Source: a virus
Strand: one strand, 5' to 3'
DNA: 32,831 bases
Virus genome (UHGV): UHGV-0163035
Notes under the pieces: model-generated
What the model saw: the letters and a program-made list of their open reading frames with translations, nothing else
Database searches by the model: none
What the model was told of the DNA's origin: nothing
Part shown: in pieces, positions 1-8,382 of the stretch
How positions within the stretch are numbered: position 1 is the first letter of the stretch
Layout: each line of letters opens with the position of its first letter
Program-made: the position numbers and the translations under genes

Positions 1-431
1 GCATCAAAGCTTGTTACAAATGCCGTTTTTACAAGTGCACCGTTATCGTATTTTACCGTGCATCCGGTAACTATGTGATTTATTTGCGTAAATATACTTC
101 GCCCGGAAAACAACGTCAGCTCCGGCGCGAACAAAAAGAACGGGACACCCTCGCTTAGATAAAACGAGCAAATCGGAACGAATTTTGAAAAAGGCGGATT
201 GTCAACTACTACCGCGCCGCCGGAATAATCAAAGCTCTCGTAATCTCCGCCCGGATAAAAAGGGCGAACGATTTTTGCAGGGTCAATCCCGTATTTTGCA
301 CACGCCCAGTTTTTTACCACCTCGTATACCTCCGGCGGCGTGTAGCAGTCATCCGTCGTCAGCTTAGGCTTAAATTTGTCCACAAACGCCTCGTACTCTG
401 CGTTGCTCTCTAAAACTATTTGCTTTTCCAT
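1..431 (-). CDS. N-terminal part of DNA adenine methyltransferase-like protein (runs off left edge, continues at right edge)
   Basis: Missing from the ORF track. ATG at 431 after GGAGG; translates MEKQIVLES...KLTTDDCYTPPEVY...VVDNPPFS...FFLFAP...VTSFD. DDCYTP and NPPF motifs; open to position 1. Confidence 0.75.
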   Translation of the reverse strand, partial: MEKQIVLESNAEYEAFVDKFKPKLTTDDCYTPPEVYEVVKNWACAKYGIDPAKIVRPFYPGGDYESFDYSGGAVVVDNPPFSKFVPICSFYLSEGVPFFLFAPELTLFSGRSIFTQINHIVTGCTVKYDNGALVKTAFVTSFD

Positions 432-449
432 CGGTGCCTCCTGCATAGC

Positions 450-482
450 AAAAGCGCCGAGGAACTTAATCCCCGGCGCTTT
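450..482. terminator. hairpin downstream of putative late promoter
   Basis: AAAGCGCCG...CGGCGCTTT inverted repeat between the late activator and the MTase-like gene. Confidence 0.45.
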
Positions 483-554
483 ACCTAATAACTCTATTAT
501 TTAGTATATAGATTAAATCGCACCATTTGGTACAAAAACGCCGAAAAGCAAAAA

Positions 555-947
555 TTATTTTTCGCCCGGGCACTCATTTTTGAATAAACCATAATACTGG
601 CTTTTGAGCGTGTTGATCGCCGGAACTTTCCCGCTTTTGCTCATCTGCGCCGCGACCCGGTCCCACGAATAGCCGTGAAACGCACGAAGCATCACGACGC
701 GCCGCAACCATGCGCTTTTGATGCCGAATACAAATTGCTCTATCTCTTGCTTTTGCGCTTTGAGCTTTGCAATGTGCTCGGCATATCTCTGCGGCCCAAG
801 CCCGCGCACGGTGATCGGGTGCTCGGTAAACGGAAACTCATCCGATGATCCGCGCACTATATCGCTTATCACCGTTTTATTCTCACGTTCAAGTTCTTCA
901 ATCTCCGCGCATATGTCGGGGTATTGCTCCAAAAGTTCTTTTGTCAT
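555..947 (-). CDS. ArpU/RinA-like late transcriptional activator (sigma region-4-like HTH)
   Basis: 130 aa, N-terminal coiled coil, C-terminal 'LRRVVMLRAFHGYSWDRVAAQM' pattern; last gene of the early operon. Confidence 0.7.
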   Translation of the reverse strand: MTKELLEQYPDICAEIEELERENKTVISDIVRGSSDEFPFTEHPITVRGLGPQRYAEHIAKLKAQKQEIEQFVFGIKSAWLRRVVMLRAFHGYSWDRVAAQMSKSGKVPAINTLKSQYYGLFKNECPGEK

Positions 948-963
948 CGCATCTCCTCAAAAA

Positions 964-1146
964 TCACATCGCCACAAACGCCACCGCCGCGGCGATACCC
1001 ACTAAGCCAAGCACCACCATAGCTTTCACGCAGCGTTCAAGCCCGGCGATATTGTCCGCTGCGTCGTACTCCCGCGACTTGCGCATCACGATGCACTCCG
1101 TGAGCGTCGCCGCGATTACGAGCACGACCAAGATGATTTTAGTCAT
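964..1146 (-). CDS. small two-TM membrane protein
   Basis: ATG at 1146 with GAGAGG RBS; two hydrophobic stretches. Confidence 0.6.
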   Translation of the reverse strand: MTKIILVVLVIAATLTECIVMRKSREYDAADNIAGLERCVKAMVVLGLVGIAAAVAFVAM

Positions 1147-1342
1147 ATCTGATCTTCCTCTCATGTTTTCTTTTCACAGCCTGCCGTGCTTCGTGGTAAA
1201 AGCCCGCTTCATCTGCCTTTTGAGCGCGACGTTTCATTTCCGCTTCACGCTGTTTGTGGTACTCATTGTACGCCTCGCACCCGGCATGGCAAAGCACCGA
1301 GCGCTGCGGGCAATTTTGCACACATGGATTTACTTGCGCCAC
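1139..1342 (-). CDS. small Cys/His-rich phage protein
   Basis: GTG at 1342 after AGGAGG; CxxxCxxRxxxCHxxCxxY motif. Confidence 0.6.
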   Translation of the reverse strand: MAQVNPCVQNCPQRSVLCHAGCEAYNEYHKQREAEMKRRAQKADEAGFYHEARQAVKRKHERKIRYD

Positions 1343-1346
1343 AGGC

Positions 1347-1535
1347 TCACCTCCTGTATATTTTTCTCGTGCAATGCTCCACCGGGCATCCACGCGGGTG
1401 TCCCGTGTCAAAGCAATAGCAGCACGTATTGTCACGCCGGTAGATGCAACCACGGCAGCCTGTGCGGCGATGTCTTACGTTTGCTGCTGTGCTTGTCCGC
1501 TTTACCGGATCTGGATCATACTTCTTTACGTTCAT
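1347..1535 (-). CDS. small Cys-rich (putative Zn-binding) phage protein
   Basis: CRGCIY...CCYC...RGCPVEHC; overlaps the rusA end. Confidence 0.6.
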   Translation of the reverse strand: MNVKKYDPDPVKRTSTAANVRHRRTGCRGCIYRRDNTCCYCFDTGHPRGCPVEHCTRKIYRR

Positions 1536-1977
1536 CGTTTTCACCCTCTCTTTCGGTGCCGCAGATCGTCACCCATACGCTCGGCATCTCCGATGACCAT
1601 CGCTTACAGATCTTCGCATTCACGATCTGCGCGTCATCTTTATACGCAATGCCGTTCAAGGCATCGCACACGATCTTCATCACGTTGTCCAGGTCCGGCT
1701 TTTTCATCGGGAAAAGTGCGCCGCTCGTCATCAGCATTTGCTTTCGCTTGCTGGCGCTCTTCGGAATGCCCAGAAACGCCGTGATGATTATATCGATCGG
1801 TGTATCATCGGCAAAGCGCCTACCCTGTGCCTCCGCTAAAAAGCGTTGCCGCACAAGCTCCTCATACGCCACGGTTTTATCGGGCGTGTAGCTCATGCTG
1901 CGCCCGGATTTCATCCGCACTACACGCGGCCGGGCTTTGCCCTGCGGTTCGCCCGGTATTATAAATTTGATTTTCAT
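1516..1977 (-). CDS. rusA: RusA-family Holliday junction resolvase
   Basis: GEPQGKARPR N-terminus and KPDLDNVMKIVCDALNGIAYKDDAQIV catalytic motif. Confidence 0.92.
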   Translation of the reverse strand: MKIKFIIPGEPQGKARPRVVRMKSGRSMSYTPDKTVAYEELVRQRFLAEAQGRRFADDTPIDIIITAFLGIPKSASKRKQMLMTSGALFPMKKPDLDNVMKIVCDALNGIAYKDDAQIVNAKICKRWSSEMPSVWVTICGTEREGENDERKEV

Positions 1978-2786
1978 ACTTCACCTTTCGCCTTCGCTGC
2001 CGCGAAGATATCATATTTCTCGTACTCACTAAGATCATAAGACGGTTCGTGCTTCGGAGGCTTCCACCGCTCGGATAAACTCCAGTTACCGAGTAGAGCT
2101 CTCCAGCTTCGCACCGGTTGTCCGTTGATTTCCCAGCCTAACGTCTCGTAATAATTCCAAAATCGCTCCGGGTCAACGGTAAAACCTTTTTCCTCACAAT
2201 ACGCCTTAACTTCAGCCAAAGAGGGAGCCGCGGCGCAAGCCGCTCTATGTCTCTCTTTCTTATTCTTCTTTCTTACTTCTGTCTCTTGTTGCATTTCTGC
2301 CGCAGAAATCGGAATTTCTGTTGCAGAAATACGCTTTTCTGTATCGGAAATGGCTTTTTCGGGTACAGTTTTTAAGAGCTGACCGTCATCGTCGATCAAC
2401 CAGTATAAGGATTTATCCACCTTGTTCCTCGAGGTCACTTCGGCGTAGCGACGCTGGAGTCCCGCAGAGGTCACCACAGACCGCGCGAGGAGACTTTTAT
2501 CGAATAAGCCTATATCCGCACAATACTGGATAACTTGCATCACTTGGTGTTTTTTGACCCATTTGCTGCCGATCGATCTGACAACTGCGAGGCACAGTTT
2601 ATCAATCGGCAGCTCAAGGTAATATCCCTCACGATATATCATGCAAAGGATGCAATCAAATATCGTGCTGCCTAAAGGGCCGTACTCATTGATAAGGTCC
2701 ATGACCTTAAAATCCTCATAATAGCTGACATCTTTCTTGAACCAGTCGAGCCCCTTTTTAGGACGTCTTCCGGCCGTTCGGCTCAC
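1974..2786 (-). CDS. phage replication initiator (DUF4373/Lin1244-like N-terminus)
   Basis: KKGLDWF..D N-terminus, 'YREGYY', 'VTSAGLQRRY', internal iterons; position after the recombination genes. Confidence 0.8.
   Translation of the reverse strand: MSRTAGRRPKKGLDWFKKDVSYYEDFKVMDLINEYGPLGSTIFDCILCMIYREGYYLELPIDKLCLAVVRSIGSKWVKKHQVMQVIQYCADIGLFDKSLLARSVVTSAGLQRRYAEVTSRNKVDKSLYWLIDDDGQLLKTVPEKAISDTEKRISATEIPISAAEMQQETEVRKKNKKERHRAACAAAPSLAEVKAYCEEKGFTVDPERFWNYYETLGWEINGQPVRSWRALLGNWSLSERWKPPKHEPSYDLSEYEKYDIFAAAKAKGEV
2293..2370. repeat. iterons of putative replication origin
   Basis: ATTTCTGCCGCAGAAAT (2293), ATTTCTGTTGCAGAAAT (2314), TTTTCTGTATCGGAAAT (2335) and a degenerate fourth copy (2356) at a 21-bp period, next to a pyrimidine/AT-rich tract. 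Confidence 0.65.
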
Positions 2787-2791
2787 CTCCT

Positions 2792-3508
2792 CTAAAATAC
2801 GGTGACCGGTATGCCGGTCAGGGCTTCGATGTCGCGCCTGAATGCGTCCTTGTCGCCGTTTTGATTTGATACATGCAATAGGTAAATACGCTGCACGGTT
2901 GAAAGATCGTTGGCGGTAAGAAATGTTCGGACATTATCAAGTGAAAAGTGACTGCGCACAAGGCGCGGCCGGAGAGACTCCGGCACAGACCCAGCGCTGA
3001 TATTGCGGTCTAACAATGTTCGGTCGTAATTGCATTCGACCATGATATAGGTCAGACCGCGAAATGTATTCGGAATAAAGTAAGTATCTGTCGCGAAGAT
3101 CAGCTTGTCCCTCGTCTCTTTCGAGTGCAGGAGGAAACCCAGCGGCTCCGCAGCATCGTGCTGCGCTTCCCACGGCAGCACCGTCCACGTGCCGAGTGTA
3201 AACTGCTCGCCCGCTTTGATGCTGTGTAGGCGGTAGTTTCGGCGGTCTTTCTCGGCGTTCAGCGCGGAAAACGTCCCTCCCGACGCGTAAACATCGATGC
3301 CCGCCATCGGCAGGCCAAGCGCCGCTTTGGCGTGGTCTTGGTGCTCGTGTGTGATAAGGCACCCCTGCACACGCATAAGCAAGTCCATATACCCCGCGAG
3401 TATCGTCCTTTTTCTGATGCCGGCCTCCAGCAGCAGGACGCTTTTTCCATCGTCCACGGCGTAGCTGTTTCCTGCGCTGCCGGATGCCAGGCATTTGACC
3501 GAGACCAA
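2792..3508 (-). CDS. MBL-fold metallo-hydrolase (YycJ/WalJ-like exonuclease)
   Basis: LASGSAGN, THEHQDH, HDAAEP, TDT, ECNY and H motifs; adjacent to recT. Confidence 0.88.
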   Translation of the reverse strand: MVSVKCLASGSAGNSYAVDDGKSVLLLEAGIRKRTILAGYMDLLMRVQGCLITHEHQDHAKAALGLPMAGIDVYASGGTFSALNAEKDRRNYRLHSIKAGEQFTLGTWTVLPWEAQHDAAEPLGFLLHSKETRDKLIFATDTYFIPNTFRGLTYIMVECNYDRTLLDRNISAGSVPESLRPRLVRSHFSLDNVRTFLTANDLSTVQRIYLLHVSNQNGDKDAFRRDIEALTGIPVTVF

Positions 3509-4318
3509 TTAAAACCCGGGCACGAACGGTGCCTCTTCCGGCATGGATTCTTCGGGCACCGGCAACGCCTCTGGGTTCATCACTTCGCCGGTGCTCTCGT
3601 CGACCTGTATGTCTATCATTGTTTTGTTTGCCTTTTCCTGCATCTCCTGTACCGGCGTTTTGCCCTTATCGTCAAGCGCTTCGACCTTCTGCATTTCTGT
3701 CGAGGTCGGGCCCCACTTGCTGAGGAGCTGGCGCAGGACGGTTTTCATCGCCATTTTGTCAAACTCTTTTTTCCAAGGGCTCGAATTGGAGTTATAGCTC
3801 GGCGAATAATGGCTCGCATATGCCTCCATGTCCGGCTTGGACATGTAATAAACATGCTCATGACCGTTGAGCAGCTTAAAATACGCAAAATAACCGACCA
3901 CGGTATCGGATATGCGTTCGCCCGAAACATCCGGGATGCCGGAGAGTTTATCAAAGCCGCGAAGCTCGCCTTCGTATACCATATCGGCGTTGATGATCTT
4001 ATATTGCCCTGTGCGCTGCGCAAGCTGTACGAGGCCCTTGTATCCGATCGTAAAGGTCGGCACATTTTTGTACGGCACAACATACGCATAGCCGAGAGAT
4101 TTCACAAGCGGCAGGTCAAGCGCGGCTGCTTTGACACATTCCAGCGCCACCTTTTCCGGGTCACAGTTCTGGAGCGCCGTTTCGCCGGAATACAGGTCGA
4201 TCATGCTGCTCATAAACTGCCCCGCTTTGTCCTTCAGACTGTTCTTCAACTGGGCGCGTATGGTCTGACTGTTCAGCACGCCTTTAAACTGATCGATTTT
4301 TGCAAGATTGTTGTTCAT
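3509..4318 (-). CDS. recT: RecT-family ssDNA annealing protein
   Basis: LGYAYVVPY...IGYKGLVQLAQRTGQY, SPW...FDKMAMKTVLR motifs. Confidence 0.92.
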   Translation of the reverse strand: MNNNLAKIDQFKGVLNSQTIRAQLKNSLKDKAGQFMSSMIDLYSGETALQNCDPEKVALECVKAAALDLPLVKSLGYAYVVPYKNVPTFTIGYKGLVQLAQRTGQYKIINADMVYEGELRGFDKLSGIPDVSGERISDTVVGYFAYFKLLNGHEHVYYMSKPDMEAYASHYSPSYNSNSSPWKKEFDKMAMKTVLRQLLSKWGPTSTEMQKVEALDDKGKTPVQEMQEKANKTMIDIQVDESTGEVMNPEALPVPEESMPEEAPFVPGF

Positions 4319-4333
4319 TTGTTGTTCCTCCTT

Positions 4334-4696
4334 TTAGTCGTCAAGCATTGTCTGATATTCTGCATCGTCCGGGATGACAAGCTGCCCGTATTCATCGATT
4401 GCCACCGGCAAAAAGTCATTCAGAGCCCCTTTGTCTTCGAGCTGTATCGGGTCAAATTTATGGTTTGTTTTGTAGGTTACGGCAAACAAGGTCTGCCCGT
4501 TGTGTTGCGTCGGCGCGAATGTGATCTTCGCGTTGACTTCAAACCCAGTGCGATTTTCCAACGCTGTGCGCAACGCGCGAACGATTTTATCATCAATGGC
4601 ATAAATGATATTCTTCAGCTCGCCGCTCCAGATCGAAACGGGTTCGCCGGTTACCGGCACGGTGATCTTTTCGGCATCTTTCAAATATTCGCTCAT
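4334..4696 (-). CDS. hypothetical phage protein
   Basis: 120 aa, ATGA-coupled to the upstream ATPase. Confidence 0.7.
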   Translation of the reverse strand: MSEYLKDAEKITVPVTGEPVSIWSGELKNIIYAIDDKIVRALRTALENRTGFEVNAKITFAPTQHNGQTLFAVTYKTNHKFDPIQLEDKGALNDFLPVAIDEYGQLVIPDDAEYQTMLDD

Positions 4697-6630
4697 TTGT
4701 CTGCCTCCACTTTGATTTTTTTGTGTTCTGCCGCAACCTGCAATCGAATCATCTGATTTGCGATGCTGTCCAACTTTGTGCAGCTTTCCGCATTATCCAC
4801 CCAGACCGGTAAATGTAAGCCCATCGCTTCGGAAAGCGCCGCGATGATGTCCAACCCGGCGTTATACTGCCGCGCGGTATTTGTATTGCTCTCGTATGCG
4901 GTATAAACGTCCTCTTTGTTGCTCTGCACCGTCGCCCGGCAGCACGGTGCGATACCGCCGTTGACCTGTCGGTCAAACATAACCCAACGCACACGTTTAA
5001 AGCCTGCGTTGATCTTGTCCTCAATGTCCGCCGCCTGAAGCTGCACAAAACGTTCCGCCAAGGTAATGCGCTGATCCGTTTCGGCAAGCTGTCGCCCGAG
5101 GTATGTTTCGTGTGCTTTCAGCTCCTCGATGCGCTTGTCGAGCGCTTTGATCTGTGCTTCGACAGCTGCGCGGGTATCGCCGGAAGCGAGCTGTGCATTC
5201 AGCTCGTCCATGCGCTTCTGTGCGGCAAAGTATCTTTCATCCGTCGTCTGTTCGGCTTTTGTCAGCTTCGCTTCCAGCTCATGGAGCTCTGTATCGTATG
5301 CCATTGCATCGACGGTAGTCTCCCATGCAGACGGTGTAACGATGCTTGCGGTCAGACCGCGAAGCATTTCGTTGTCGGACTGCAAATGCATCTCTATGTC
5401 CTTCAGTTCTGCCGCAAACTCGTTTACACGCTGCGCCGTAGATTCGCACAGAGCTTTCAGTTCAAGCCCCTTTTTCGTGATCTCATCGCCGCGCCGGGCT
5501 TTACGCGTGTTAAATTCGGCCTTCAGATCCTCCAAGCGTTCCTTTGGGAGGATCTGTCCGCAGGTCGGGCAGATTGTTTGATCTGTCGGAAACTGCTCAT
5601 TATGGTTATCGACCGCACGTTTTCTGAGCTCGTTGAGTTCCTTCTCAAAGCTCTCTTTCAAAGAGACATTCGCCTTGTAGTCTCTCTCAAGCTGCATCTG
5701 CTTTTCTTCTGCGCGGCGGATACGTTCTCGGAGCGTTTCCGCCTGTCGGGAGATCGTCGTGCTGCCGGCTGTGCTGTCCTTTATGTACGCTGCCTTCGCT
5801 TCGGCGGCTTTGGCTTTCTGTTCGGCGATCCTCGTGCGGAGCGTCGCGGCGTCCGCGTTGGCTTTATAGCCTTCCAGCTCGCTGACGAGCTTCATTTTCT
5901 CTTTCATGAGCGCCGCCGTACCGGGGCGCTCGCTTTCTGGCGGCAAAATCGGCTTGCTGCGCTCGGCTTCGTCGATGCGCGCCGGGATCTCGTTCAGCTC
6001 GGCGTTTAATTCGCGGCGCTTCGCTTTTGCCTGGCGCGCCATATCGTCGACGGTTGTCATTGCGCCGATCCACCCGCCCAGCGGGGCAAGCTCTTCGTGC
6101 GCTTTGATGATGTCCGCGTCGCTCAAATGCGGGGCAAAAACGTCCAGCAGCACCGCGCGGCGTGCGTCCCACCTCATGTCTGTGGCAAAATAATGGAGCT
6201 TTCCGAGCACCAACAGTTTGTCTTCCGGGGCGATATGTTCCGCGACAAACGCCTTAAATTTTGTTTGCGTCTCCGGCACGCCGTTGATGAGATACGACGT
6301 CTTGTTGCCCTTGAACACCGATTCCGCGTCGCCCTTACGGCGGGTGAACTCGCGTTTATAGGTACGGGTCAGCGTGAACGTATCGCCGTTATCGTCTTCG
6401 AATTCGCCCGTAACGGACGCTTCCACACCCTCCGGAGCACCGTAAGGGTAAACGTCAAAATCCGTGCTCTGTTCGGCGTTTTTGCCGGTGAGCAGCCACC
6501 AGTAAGCAGTTTCCAGCGTGCTTTTGCCGCTGTCATTCGCGCCGAGCACCGTCACCGAATGCCCAAGGGGCGCGAAATCAAACGCCTTCACACCCATAAA
6601 ATTTTCCAGTTTCAAACTAAGCAGCTTCAT
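4693..6630 (-). CDS. SMC/SbcC-like AAA ATPase with long coiled coil
   Basis: LENFMG, Walker A GANDSGKST, CPTCGQ zinc hook, Walker B VWVDNAES. Confidence 0.88.
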   Translation of the reverse strand: MKLLSLKLENFMGVKAFDFAPLGHSVTVLGANDSGKSTLETAYWWLLTGKNAEQSTDFDVYPYGAPEGVEASVTGEFEDDNGDTFTLTRTYKREFTRRKGDAESVFKGNKTSYLINGVPETQTKFKAFVAEHIAPEDKLLVLGKLHYFATDMRWDARRAVLLDVFAPHLSDADIIKAHEELAPLGGWIGAMTTVDDMARQAKAKRRELNAELNEIPARIDEAERSKPILPPESERPGTAALMKEKMKLVSELEGYKANADAATLRTRIAEQKAKAAEAKAAYIKDSTAGSTTISRQAETLRERIRRAEEKQMQLERDYKANVSLKESFEKELNELRKRAVDNHNEQFPTDQTICPTCGQILPKERLEDLKAEFNTRKARRGDEITKKGLELKALCESTAQRVNEFAAELKDIEMHLQSDNEMLRGLTASIVTPSAWETTVDAMAYDTELHELEAKLTKAEQTTDERYFAAQKRMDELNAQLASGDTRAAVEAQIKALDKRIEELKAHETYLGRQLAETDQRITLAERFVQLQAADIEDKINAGFKRVRWVMFDRQVNGGIAPCCRATVQSNKEDVYTAYESNTNTARQYNAGLDIIAALSEAMGLHLPVWVDNAESCTKLDSIANQMIRLQVAAEHKKIKVEADK

Positions 6631-6644
6631 CTTCGTTTTCCCCC

Positions 6645-6673
6645 TTGACTTTTTCGGCCTGCGCCGTTACAAT
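6645..6673 (+). promoter_or_regulatory. sigma-A promoter antisense to the early operon
   Basis: TTGACT-17 bp-TACAAT. Confidence 0.65.
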
Positions 6674-6678
6674 TAAAT

Positions 6679-6740
6679 TGATAAAATATTTTCTCTTCTC
6701 CTTGCCCCGTGACTGCGCCAACAGTCCGGGGCGCTTTTTT
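6679..6740 (+). ncRNA. putative ~60-nt antisense sRNA with anti-SD tract
   Basis: Follows the promoter; TTTTCTCTTCTCCTT then hairpin GCCCCGTGACTG/CAGTCCGGGGC and a T6 tail. Confidence 0.5.
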
Positions 6741-6746
6741 CTGCTC

Positions 6747-7526
6747 TCATACATCCGCCTCGACAAGCTCGCCGTTTTTGAGCTTATACCACGTATCAGC
6801 TTTGATCCGCACGCCGTCAACAATTTCTGCTTTTACGGCTATAGGTACGTAATTGCCGTTATCATCGTATTTCCACTCCGTTAAAACAATCACGGAGTGG
6901 AGCCCGCCTTTTACGTTGCACCCGTTCCGTCCAATGATCAGTGATGAGTTGCCGCCTGCGAGGTTGCTTTCGTTGCCGCATACGAGGTTGCTTTTGTAGC
7001 CGCCTAAGAGGTTGCTCCAGTTTCCGCCTAAGAGGTTGCTCCAGTTTCCGCCTAAGAGGTTGCTTTTGTAGCCGCCCATGAGGTTGCTACCGTTTCCGCC
7101 TACGAGGTTGCTCCAGTCGCCGCCTACGAGGTTGCTTTCGTAGCCGCCTAAGAGTTTGCTCCCGTCGCCGCCTACGAGGTTGCTCCAGTCTCCGTCTGCG
7201 GTTCCTGCATTGGATTTTTTGCGGGTGTACTCTATTTGCGCCTTGACTAGCCCAGCAAAGTTAATCTCGCTTTTGAGTGTCAATTCTGATGATGCTAATT
7301 TGGTATCATCATTTTCTGCCTTATCGATTTTGCCGCCCGCTTCTGCCTCAAAAAAACGATTGCCGTTGATATTAGGATAATATCGCAGCACATCAAACGG
7401 AGCCTCGCAGGAATGGAAGCCTTTATTCCCGCAACGGATTGCGCCGTCAGCGACCTCTTTTTTGCCGAGCACGTATTGCTTGCCTCGGCATTGCATATTT
7501 TTGTCTGTACCCTTGTAAACTTTCAC
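6747..7526 (-). CDS. phage protein with conserved 'YKG..CRG.QY..GFHSC..PFDVLRYY' domain and octapeptide repeats
   Basis: 259 aa; about 10 x GGxxSNLx repeats; C-terminal VDGVRIKADTWYKL motif. Confidence 0.8.
   Translation of the reverse strand: MKVYKGTDKNMQCRGKQYVLGKKEVADGAIRCGNKGFHSCEAPFDVLRYYPNINGNRFFEAEAGGKIDKAENDDTKLASSELTLKSEINFAGLVKAQIEYTRKKSNAGTADGDWSNLVGGDGSKLLGGYESNLVGGDWSNLVGGNGSNLMGGYKSNLLGGNWSNLLGGNWSNLLGGYKSNLVCGNESNLAGGNSSLIIGRNGCNVKGGLHSVIVLTEWKYDDNGNYVPIAVKAEIVDGVRIKADTWYKLKNGELVEADV
6951..7200. repeat. 24-bp coding tandem repeat (about 10 copies)
   Basis: Repeated CCGCCTA(A/C)GAGGTTGCT core at a 24-nt period. Confidence 0.85.
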
Positions 7527-7747
7527 GCTTGTCTTTCCTCTCTATCCGTTGTCACTGTCTCATACACGCGCACGGCGTCGCGCCAGCTGCGGTATTTGCC
7601 GAGGTCGATGACCTCCGCACCGGGGCGGGCGGCTCTTTTTCTTCTTCTCGGTGGCTTTACGGCTCTTTCGAGGATTTTTTCCGCGCCGTAAGCCAGCGTG
7701 ATGATCGCGCATCCGGCGGCGATACTGCCGCACAAAACTAAGATCAT
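7523..7747 (-). CDS. small protein with N-terminal TM helix
   Basis: 74 aa, GGAGG RBS, coupled to the downstream gene. Confidence 0.65.
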   Translation of the reverse strand: MILVLCGSIAAGCAIITLAYGAEKILERAVKPPRRRKRAARPGAEVIDLGKYRSWRDAVRVYETVTTDREERQA

Positions 7748-7765
7748 GTTGTTGCCTCCTTTCCT

Positions 7766-8011
7766 CTAATTTTTAAATAGCGTTTCGATGTCGCTTTGCG
7801 AGAAACGTAGTTTTTTAAAGATGTTGCACAAGTCTTCATACGACCACGCCGAAAGGTGGCGCATACGGTAGCTATAAAGCTGCGGGGATATACCCAAGTA
7901 TTTCGCGGTCTTCTCATCGGTCGTCAGGCCCATACGGTCGGCGTTATAACGCATAATCGACCTAAATGTCTGCCGCCGCTGTTCCGCGGGCGATGGTTTT
8001 AATCTTGGCAT
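7766..8011 (-). CDS. HTH DNA-binding protein (Cro/Xis-like)
   Basis: 'TDEKTAKYLGISPQLYSYRM' HTH; GAGGTGG RBS. Confidence 0.7.
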   Translation of the reverse strand: MPRLKPSPAEQRRQTFRSIMRYNADRMGLTTDEKTAKYLGISPQLYSYRMRHLSAWSYEDLCNIFKKLRFSQSDIETLFKN

Positions 8012-8045
8012 TGTTTACCACCTCTTTCTTTATTTATATTTTTGT

Positions 8046-8174
8046 CCCCAGCCCTACCACCTGCCGCCCAAAGCAAAAATTATGCAGTATCTATGTTTGT
8101 TAGGACGAAAGGAGTGTACATCCATGGTTTTCAGGGGAGGATCAGTTGGTGGGCGGCATGCGGTAAAGCTGGGG
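8046..8174 (-). ncRNA. long-stem hairpin RNA element in the early transcript
   Basis: 25-bp stem (8046-8070 with 8150-8174). All but one mismatch become G-U pairs on the minus strand only; about 79-nt loop. Confidence 0.55.
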
Positions 8175-8217
8175 CGCGTGTTTCAGCGGCGAGTTGGAAT
8201 TATGCTTGTATATGCGC

Positions 8218-8367
8218 TTAGGTAAATGAGCCGTGATTTGCGAGACACGCAAGCACAAATAGACAAATCACACCGACGTAAATAGCCATAGCCACTCTTT
8301 TTCCGCTCCCGATCATAATAATCGAGAGCACCGCAACAAAAGTCAGCACACACAAACCTAAAATCAT
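8218..8367 (-). CDS. 49-aa two-TM membrane peptide
   Basis: Not in the ORF track; MILGLCVLTFVAVLSIIMIGSGKRVAMAIYVGVICLFVLACLANHGSFT. Confidence 0.55.
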   Translation of the reverse strand: MILGLCVLTFVAVLSIIMIGSGKRVAMAIYVGVICLFVLACLANHGSFT

Positions 8368-8382
8368 TGATGTTCTACCCCC

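Noticed and set aside
845..6648. Long + strand ORFs (845..1891, 3332..4756, 5110..6009 and others)
   Set aside because: Antisense shadows of well-supported minus-strand genes; no RBS or recognisable motifs.
6617..6823. 68-aa minus-strand ORF upstream of the SMC-like gene
   Set aside because: Spans the antisense promoter and terminator and overlaps both neighbours; better explained as regulatory sequence, though a short peptide cannot be excluded.
8102..8141. Two 9-nt matches between the hairpin loop and the tail-fibre RBS (about 18809-18822)
   Set aside because: Short SD-like purine words that are expected by chance; not enough to call a target.
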